A DNA stretch of 64,000 nucleotides, taken from positions 4,379,950 to 4,443,949 of the forward strand of contig CBDHDL010000021.1 of NCBI GenBank assembly GCA_965261435.1, in the 5' to 3' direction. The notes beneath the pieces are model-generated. The model was given only the letters and a program-made list of their open reading frames with translations. It had not been told where the DNA came from and made no database searches. Shown here in pieces: positions 58,119-64,000 of the stretch. Position numbers and translations under genes: made by a program. The stretch comes from Candidatus Poribacteria bacterium. Its GTDB lineage: Bacteria; Poribacteria; WGA-4E; WGA-3G. Position 1 is the stretch's first letter. Every line of letters starts with the position of its first letter.

Positions 58119-59378
58119 TTATCCCAAGGCATCGTCAACTTTATTGATTGCTGCAGCCATCAATCTTGCATGTTCCTCCTGCATATTCACATTAAATCCA
58201 AATCGTAATGCACGTCCCAGAATAGACAAAGTCTGCGGACACATATCCCGTGAATACTCAACTTCACCTTTATATCTTGGATCACTCCAGGGATAACCTG
58301 CCTTATTAGGTGAATGTTTAAACAGAATTGAATCCCAATATGTGTATATATGTCTGTCAGGGAATCCTTCGTTGTAAGCAGTACCGGCACCTAAACCTTC
58401 TGCTCTCAGTGCTTCAGTATATTTCTGCGCAAGTTCTTTGTCTCTAACTATAATAGCAGCACTTATCCCACACTCACCAGCCGGATCGTCAACGTGCTGT
58501 CGTACATAACCTTTAGGATTATCTGAGAGCTCGGACAAGAATGCTTTCTTAATTAAACGAGTATGTCCAAGAATATCGTCCAACTTAGACAATTGTACAC
58601 GTGCAATTGCACCCAATATCTCACCAGCGCGATAGGTCTGACAAGAGAAAGGATCGTTCTGCCACTCCGAGCCACTCATCCACATAGGTAAACCAGGTTC
58701 AGATGCAAAGGCAGCACGTTCATAAGTGTCATAGTCATCAGAGAAGAATAAACCACCTTCTCCACACGTTATCACCTTATAGTAGTTGAGACTCCAAGCG
58801 CCAGCATCTCCCCAAGTACCAGCATACTTTCCTTGATATTGTCCCCCGACACATTGGCAACAATCTTCAACAACTTTTAGGTTGTGATCTTTTGCAATGG
58901 TAAGTATCTCTTCCACTCGACATGGAACACCTTGCATGTGTACTGGTAATATCGCCTTAGTATGTGGGGTTATTTTTCGTTCTACATCTGCGGGATCTAA
59001 CCCAAGTGATTCATCAATTTCTGCAATTATCGGTATTGCACCGACACCCACAATTGCCGCTGCAGTTGCAATAAAGGTATACCCGGGTAATATCACCTCA
59101 TCACCAGGCCCGATACCCACACCTGTAAGTGCACATATAATTGCAGATGTGCCAGAATTCACCATTAATGCATGCTTTACACCAAGTCTTGCAGCAGCTT
59201 CTTGTTCAAAAGCTGCAACATTAGAATCTTCAACAAAACGAAAAAGTTTACCGGTCCGCAACACCTCGGTCACAGCATCAATTTCTCTCTCATCAATTAC
59301 ACTCGGTCCATGCATTCCTCCAGGAATAGATTCACTGATAATAGGAGTTCCACCATCTACTGCTAAACGCTCAGACAT
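58119..59378 (-). CDS. DegT/DnrJ/EryC1/StrS-family PLP-dependent aminotransferase (sugar/cyclitol aminotransferase)
   Basis: 'VNSGTSAIICAL' and the rest fit the family. Probable start at MSERLAVDGG; the ORF track extends 23 codons further to 59447. Confidence 0.75.
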   Translation of the reverse strand: MSERLAVDGGTPIISESIPGGMHGPSVIDEREIDAVTEVLRTGKLFRFVEDSNVAAFEQEAAARLGVKHALMVNSGTSAIICALTGVGIGPGDEVILPGYTFIATAAAIVGVGAIPIIAEIDESLGLDPADVERKITPHTKAILPVHMQGVPCRVEEILTIAKDHNLKVVEDCCQCVGGQYQGKYAGTWGDAGAWSLNYYKVITCGEGGLFFSDDYDTYERAAFASEPGLPMWMSGSEWQNDPFSCQTYRAGEILGAIARVQLSKLDDILGHTRLIKKAFLSELSDNPKGYVRQHVDDPAGECGISAAIIVRDKELAQKYTEALRAEGLGAGTAYNEGFPDRHIYTYWDSILFKHSPNKAGYPWSDPRYKGEVEYSRDMCPQTLSILGRALRFGFNVNMQEEHARLMAAAINKVDDALG

Positions 59379-59697
59379 CTTTCGCCTCCAAATCAATTCA
59401 CTCATCAGACTTTGCCATACTTTAAACCATACACCCATTTTTGTCAAGGTGATTCTCTTTGATTCATTAAATGATGCATATATCTTCTCTTGACTATCCT
59501 ACAAGACCTCAAACATTTAAAGTCATAGAACCATATAATGAAAACCACGGATATTACCGTTTGTGAAAATTTCTAAGCAAAGAGGTAAAAAACAGAACAC
59601 TCTTGATACACTACAATTTTATATTGACAGTGAACAACAACATTGGTATCATATCGGATTAGTATAGCAAAACAACAGTTGACTCAGGAGCAAGCGA

Positions 59698-60708
59698 ATG
59701 AAGGGTAAACAGATCATAATACCAGAACAGCGGAAAGCAACACTTGAGGATTTTGAGTTGGATGAAAACTTAGCACCAAACCAAATTCTGCTTAAGACAC
59801 ATTATAGTCTGATAAGTCCAGGCACTGAAGGAGCAGGATATACAGGTTTGCAATCTGGTACGCGATATCCACACGGATCAGGTTATACCGCATTTGGAGA
59901 AGTACTAAAGGTTGGTGAACAGGTTACAAAGTGTGAAGCAGGTGATTATGCATTCTGTTACAGTTCACATGCATCTGTTGTCAAAACTGCATCGGTGATG
60001 CTTACATTTAAATCCCCATTAGAAATTAATCCAAAACTTATACCATTTATCAGAATGGCAACTGTGGCAATGACATCACTCCGAGTGTCATCAGCAGAAT
60101 TCGGTGATAGTATTGTCATTATCGGTTTAGGTTTAGTAGGTAATTCTGCATCTCAATTGTTCAACATAGCAGGAATGAATGTCATCAGCATAGAAAAAGT
60201 TCCAGAACGTATCGAAATCGCACGCAAATGTGGTATAAAACATCTAATAAACCCTGAGGATGTAGATGCTGTTGAAACCGTCAAAGAAATAACAGATGGT
60301 CGTAAAGCAGAAGTTTCGGTTGAAGCTATTGGGAATCCACGACTTGTTGAATTGGCATATCAGACAACTCGGACAAAAGGGGAAGTCATCCTACTCGGAT
60401 CACCTCGTGGGGAATACATCACGAATGCAACAGATTTACTCAATTACACGCATCTAATCGGATTAGGAGCCATCACATTACGTAGCGCACATGAATGGGT
60501 ATATCCTACAATGCATTCTGGTGAATCCAAACATTCTCTTGAACGAAATTCACAGATCGTATATTCATTGATGAAGGAAGGCAAGTTCAAAGTACAGGAA
60601 TTACTGACGCACGTCATAAATCCTAAAGATGCACAATCCGCCTATGATGGCTTATCAGACAAAAAGAATGAATACTTAGGTGTCATTATGGATTGGACTC
60701 AGATCTAA
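59698..60708 (+). CDS. MDR-family (alcohol/polyol dehydrogenase-like) oxidoreductase
   Basis: GroES-like N-domain and Rossmann 'IIGLGLVGNSASQL'. No clear catalytic-zinc GHE, so a non-classical member. Confidence 0.6.
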   Translation: MKGKQIIIPEQRKATLEDFELDENLAPNQILLKTHYSLISPGTEGAGYTGLQSGTRYPHGSGYTAFGEVLKVGEQVTKCEAGDYAFCYSSHASVVKTASVMLTFKSPLEINPKLIPFIRMATVAMTSLRVSSAEFGDSIVIIGLGLVGNSASQLFNIAGMNVISIEKVPERIEIARKCGIKHLINPEDVDAVETVKEITDGRKAEVSVEAIGNPRLVELAYQTTRTKGEVILLGSPRGEYITNATDLLNYTHLIGLGAITLRSAHEWVYPTMHSGESKHSLERNSQIVYSLMKEGKFKVQELLTHVINPKDAQSAYDGLSDKKNEYLGVIMDWTQI

Positions 60709-60815
60709 GAGTAGTAGGTACACTCCGTTTGCCGTTCTGCAACATTTGAATCATAAATTAGCAAAATATATTCCAAAAATTAGCATAAGTTTAGATACTT
60801 CAAGAAAATCAATCT

Positions 60816-61313
60816 ATGAAAACCCTCCTCATCCTCCGCCATGCCAAATCAAGTTGGGACAATCCAGACCTTGCGGATTATGATCGGCCTCTCAACAAAC
60901 GTGGTAAACGTGACGCGCCACGCATGGGTAAACATATATTTGAACAAGGTTTAGTACCAGATCAAATTCTCACTTCATCTGCAAAACGTGCAAGAAAGAC
61001 AGCAAACAAAATCGCGAAAGCATGCAGTTTTGCCGGAAAAATCAAACGGATAGACAAATTCTACCATGCACCACTCGGTGTATATTTAGAAACATTACAG
61101 ACAGTTTCAGAGAAGCATCAATGCGTTATGGTAGTAGGTCACAATCCCACAATGGAACTACTTGTAAGGCAGCTGACCAGAGAAATTGCAACAATGCCAA
61201 CTGCTGCGCTGGCACATATCGAACTTCCAATACAGAATTGGAGATTACTTGATATAAATACCAGAGGAATACTGGTCAATTTATGGAAACCAAAAACACT
61301 CTTCACCGAATAA
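60816..61313 (+). CDS. sixA: phosphohistidine phosphatase SixA (histidine phosphatase family)
   Basis: 'LLILRHAKSSWDNPDLADYDRPLNKRGKRDA' is the RHG-type catalytic motif. ~165 aa. Confidence 0.75.
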   Translation: MKTLLILRHAKSSWDNPDLADYDRPLNKRGKRDAPRMGKHIFEQGLVPDQILTSSAKRARKTANKIAKACSFAGKIKRIDKFYHAPLGVYLETLQTVSEKHQCVMVVGHNPTMELLVRQLTREIATMPTAALAHIELPIQNWRLLDINTRGILVNLWKPKTLFTE

Positions 61314-62683
61314 TTTCTACTTCAATACAGCATACATTACTGCTATCTTTTACTATATTCCTACTGCTACAATTTACTATTGCATCGGAGCAAACATTCG
61401 TTACTACTGCAAAGGATGGACAACTATTTCCTATAGCGGCAAGTGATGGACAAGGAGGTGTCATAGTCATGTGGGAAGACTATCGCACAGGTAAAGATTG
61501 GGATGTATACGCACAAAGATTAAGTGCAACAGATAGTTCACTATGGAAACAGAACGGTATTCCCATTTCAATAGCAGATAGAAATCAACGTCGTCTACGA
61601 ATGACAGGTAATGATACACATGCTATCACTGTCTGGAATGACAAACGGGGGAGCAGCAGCTGGGATATCTATGCACAAGCGGTAGACTTTGAGGGTAAAG
61701 TCTTGTGGCAGAAGGACGGAATCCCTGTCTGTACGAATAGTGCTGACCAATCTACACAAGCAATTATGAGCGATGGTGATGGAGGTGCAGTCTTTGTATG
61801 GGAGGATGAACGACGCAGTTCTGAATTTCAAGACTTATATATCCAACGAATCAATTCAGCAGGATTACCTATGTGGAAATCGGACGGTATTCCTGTCTAC
61901 ACATCAGAATCCTTACAGAGCAATCCGAATTTGATTCCCGACAAATCTGGTGGGTTTTATGTCGTATGGTGGGATGTCATCGGCTATGAATCATGGCATA
62001 TTATGGTATATAGACTCTCTTTAGATTCAACACCTATTTGGGATGAACCTATATCTGTAACCCCTAAAGAAAAAATGCACGGTGAACCACGAGTCGTCGC
62101 AGATGGTGAAGGTGGAATCATTATTGTCTGGCAAATATACGATAACTTCATAAATGATCAACTATATACACAACGAATCTCATCTGATGGAAAGAAACTA
62201 TGGGGAGAATCTGAAATCTCAATTTGTACGGAAGAAGGAATACAGAAGAATGCTGCAATTGTCAGTGATGGCAAAGGTGGTATTATTGCTGTATGGCGTG
62301 ATGAACGGGATATATATTCCGATCTTTATATGCAACATATACAAGCTGATGGAATGATAGCGTGGGAAAAAGATGGTATCCCACTATGCATCGTCGGAGG
62401 ACATCAAGACCAACCATTTATAGTTAAATCCAATGATGAACAGTTCTTCATAGCATGGTTAGATTTCAGAGGTGATTTCGGTGAGAAAAGTAAACATGCC
62501 ATCTATTGTCAAAAGATAGATATAAGTGGCAATCTACTATGGAATGAAGATGGTGTTCCCGTATCCACAAGTGATGGTGAGCATTTCCCACCTTATGTTG
62601 TTTCCGTTGGCAATGGACAGTGTGTTGTAATTTGGAGTAATAGTAATCAAGACAATGGTGATATATATCTCAAACGATTTTAA
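61283..62683 (+). CDS. secreted protein built from ~8 tandem ~52-aa repeats (DG.GG.I.VW.D.R....D.Y.Q.I...G...W...GIP)
   Basis: N-terminal hydrophobic signal. The repeat unit can be read directly from the translation. Confidence 0.4.
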   Translation: METKNTLHRIISTSIQHTLLLSFTIFLLLQFTIASEQTFVTTAKDGQLFPIAASDGQGGVIVMWEDYRTGKDWDVYAQRLSATDSSLWKQNGIPISIADRNQRRLRMTGNDTHAITVWNDKRGSSSWDIYAQAVDFEGKVLWQKDGIPVCTNSADQSTQAIMSDGDGGAVFVWEDERRSSEFQDLYIQRINSAGLPMWKSDGIPVYTSESLQSNPNLIPDKSGGFYVVWWDVIGYESWHIMVYRLSLDSTPIWDEPISVTPKEKMHGEPRVVADGEGGIIIVWQIYDNFINDQLYTQRISSDGKKLWGESEISICTEEGIQKNAAIVSDGKGGIIAVWRDERDIYSDLYMQHIQADGMIAWEKDGIPLCIVGGHQDQPFIVKSNDEQFFIAWLDFRGDFGEKSKHAIYCQKIDISGNLLWNEDGVPVSTSDGEHFPPYVVSVGNGQCVVIWSNSNQDNGDIYLKRF

Positions 62684-62687
62684 GAAT

Positions 62688-63641
62688 CTATTTTTTCCTG
62701 CGCCACCAACGTTTCTGTTCTTGATACCCATTTAGTAGTTTAGAAATTACTTTGTTCTGTTTCTCCAATCTGAGTACTTTCTCACATGCTTCAATGACTC
62801 TGTCTTTCATGCCATCATCACCTGTTTCTTTATATATATTGTGATAACTCTCCGCCACAGCACTGTGAAATGCAACAGCATCTATCTCTTTTGGTAAGTC
62901 AGTTGAAAGTTCGTTAATTTCGCTTACAGCCTTGCTCCATTCCTCAAGTGCAGCATGACATATCACTTTTTGATACAGTGGTAGCAATTGAGAACTGTCC
63001 AACCAAATTGCCTGATCCAAACATTCAACGGCTTCCGCAAACGCCAAATTGTCAATATGTAGTCTCGCCAGTTCAGTATAAAAAACATACAATCCGCTAT
63101 CTGTTATGGAATAAAGTTCAGCACTGTTATCCGCTAACCATCCTTTCTCTATAAGAAACTCAATAGCAGTATTTCTTTCATCCTCTGTTATACTAATATC
63201 TGACAACAGATGTTTTGCAACTGCAGCGTTAGGAAATATCTTTGTCCGACTTTTCATTAGCGGATATGCCTGCGTAGGCTTATCCATTGACAAGAGTTTG
63301 ATACCGGTGGCAATTCGAAAAAGTGAGACAATCTGATCACTATTTTTCCTTGACATCTGGTCAGCAATTGTGTCTCTATTTTCAGCAAAGTGTTCGTTTA
63401 GACTGTCAATAGACTTGCGTATATCAATGTTATGCGGATCGTGTTGGTGTGCTTGTGACAGAAACTTTTGAGCAGCGAAAAGTTCATCCCATTCTCTATA
63501 GATTTCTCCCAAACGATATGTTGCAATGGCAAGCGTCTCAGATTCTGATCCGTCCCGAATTAGATCTTCATACACTTGAATTGCTTGAGGAATTCGCTGT
63601 TCAGTCTCTAAAGTTTGCGCTCGACTAAGTAAATCTGACAT
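62688..63641 (-). CDS. TPR-like repeat protein
   Basis: Helical-repeat pattern with TPR-like A/Y/L periodicity. No catalytic motif. Confidence 0.45.
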   Translation of the reverse strand: MSDLLSRAQTLETEQRIPQAIQVYEDLIRDGSESETLAIATYRLGEIYREWDELFAAQKFLSQAHQHDPHNIDIRKSIDSLNEHFAENRDTIADQMSRKNSDQIVSLFRIATGIKLLSMDKPTQAYPLMKSRTKIFPNAAVAKHLLSDISITEDERNTAIEFLIEKGWLADNSAELYSITDSGLYVFYTELARLHIDNLAFAEAVECLDQAIWLDSSQLLPLYQKVICHAALEEWSKAVSEINELSTDLPKEIDAVAFHSAVAESYHNIYKETGDDGMKDRVIEACEKVLRLEKQNKVISKLLNGYQEQKRWWRRKK

Positions 63642-63738
63642 CTTGTATGGTCAAACCTGTTTGTGAATTATGTAAATTGACATTGGAAAAGAAAAAACTT
63701 AACAAGTCAATTCATTGATACTGACAAGTACCAATGGA

Positions 63739-64000
63739 TTAAGCAATAACATCATGAGTTGTTTTAAAGTGTAGTTTTGCGACCTTACCAAGTGCTTCTT
63801 TTCCATGCATTCTGACAAAGCCTCTACCTGCTTCTTTAACTTGATATGCACCTCTTGGTAAGTCAATATCATAAGTGTTTGATAAAAACTGAATTTCAGT
63901 CAAAAAAGTATCTCGTGCAATTATGGATGCAGCTGCAACCGCAATATCTCTCTCGGCATTGGTTACCTGTTTAATTCGCAATTCTTGATTTCTCAATAAT
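63739..64000 (-). CDS. rnhB: ribonuclease HII, C-terminal part (gene continues beyond the window end)
   Basis: 'NAERDIAVAAASIIARDTFLTEIQFLSNTYDIDLPRGAYQVKEAGRGF' matches the RNase HII C-terminal region. The ORF is open at 64000. Confidence 0.7.
   Translation of the reverse strand, partial: LLRNQELRIKQVTNAERDIAVAAASIIARDTFLTEIQFLSNTYDIDLPRGAYQVKEAGRGFVRMHGKEALGKVAKLHFKTTHDVIA

Overview
This 64 kb window looks like a chromosomal segment from a low-GC (~40%) bacterium that I cannot place in a lineage with confidence. The gene content is typical of heterotrophs rich in Gfo/Idh/MocA oxidoreductases, PhyH dioxygenases and enolase-superfamily enzymes. Housekeeping genes are present: pth, a GerMN-domain protein, an amidase, rplY/ctc, tRNA-Gln, ispE, argD, smc, comF, sixA and rnhB. 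There is also a block of catabolic genes: three Gfo/Idh/MocA, three PhyH-family dioxygenases, three or four enolase-superfamily enzymes, a sugar-phosphate isomerase, an RraA-like protein, an AstE/AspA-like protein and a TonB-dependent receptor with a cytochrome c. An efflux-type locus carries four tandem MacB/FtsX-like permease paralogs, one of them frameshifted, followed by a membrane-fusion protein.

Two accessory islands stand out.

Island 1 (about 10.0-14.7 kb) is the remnant of a large Type IIG/ISP-like restriction-modification gene. Its interior has been replaced by a compact Type II RM pair: a beta-class N4/N6 methyltransferase and a putative PD-(D/E)xK endonuclease. This is followed by a frameshifted GmrSD-like (DUF262+HNH) Type IV restriction gene on the minus strand. 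That pseudogene is bracketed by a ~278-bp, ~91%-identical duplication of the host gene's 3' end. A 21-bp direct repeat flanks the whole block.

Island 2 (33.16-37.34 kb) holds two tandem, paralogous two-gene cassettes on the minus strand. Each encodes an ABC-type (AAA_15/AAA_21-like) ATPase and a small (~185 aa) partner with a PD-(D/E)xK-like motif, driven by a conserved near-consensus sigma70 promoter. Each cassette is inserted exactly at the stop codon of an enolase-superfamily gene or at a ~108-bp duplicated copy of that gene's 3' end.

Both islands share the same architecture: host-gene 3' end, then a minus-strand defense cassette, then a diverged copy of the host 3' end. That points to a common, unannotated cassette-integration mechanism and to a possibly undescribed ATPase+nuclease defense module. 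The window also contains a family of long perfect hairpin elements showing compensatory substitutions, a short GTAGGGACGATATGTTTATAGAAA repeat at recombination-prone junctions, and a tandem-repeat/duplicated-promoter leader upstream of a lipoprotein gene.
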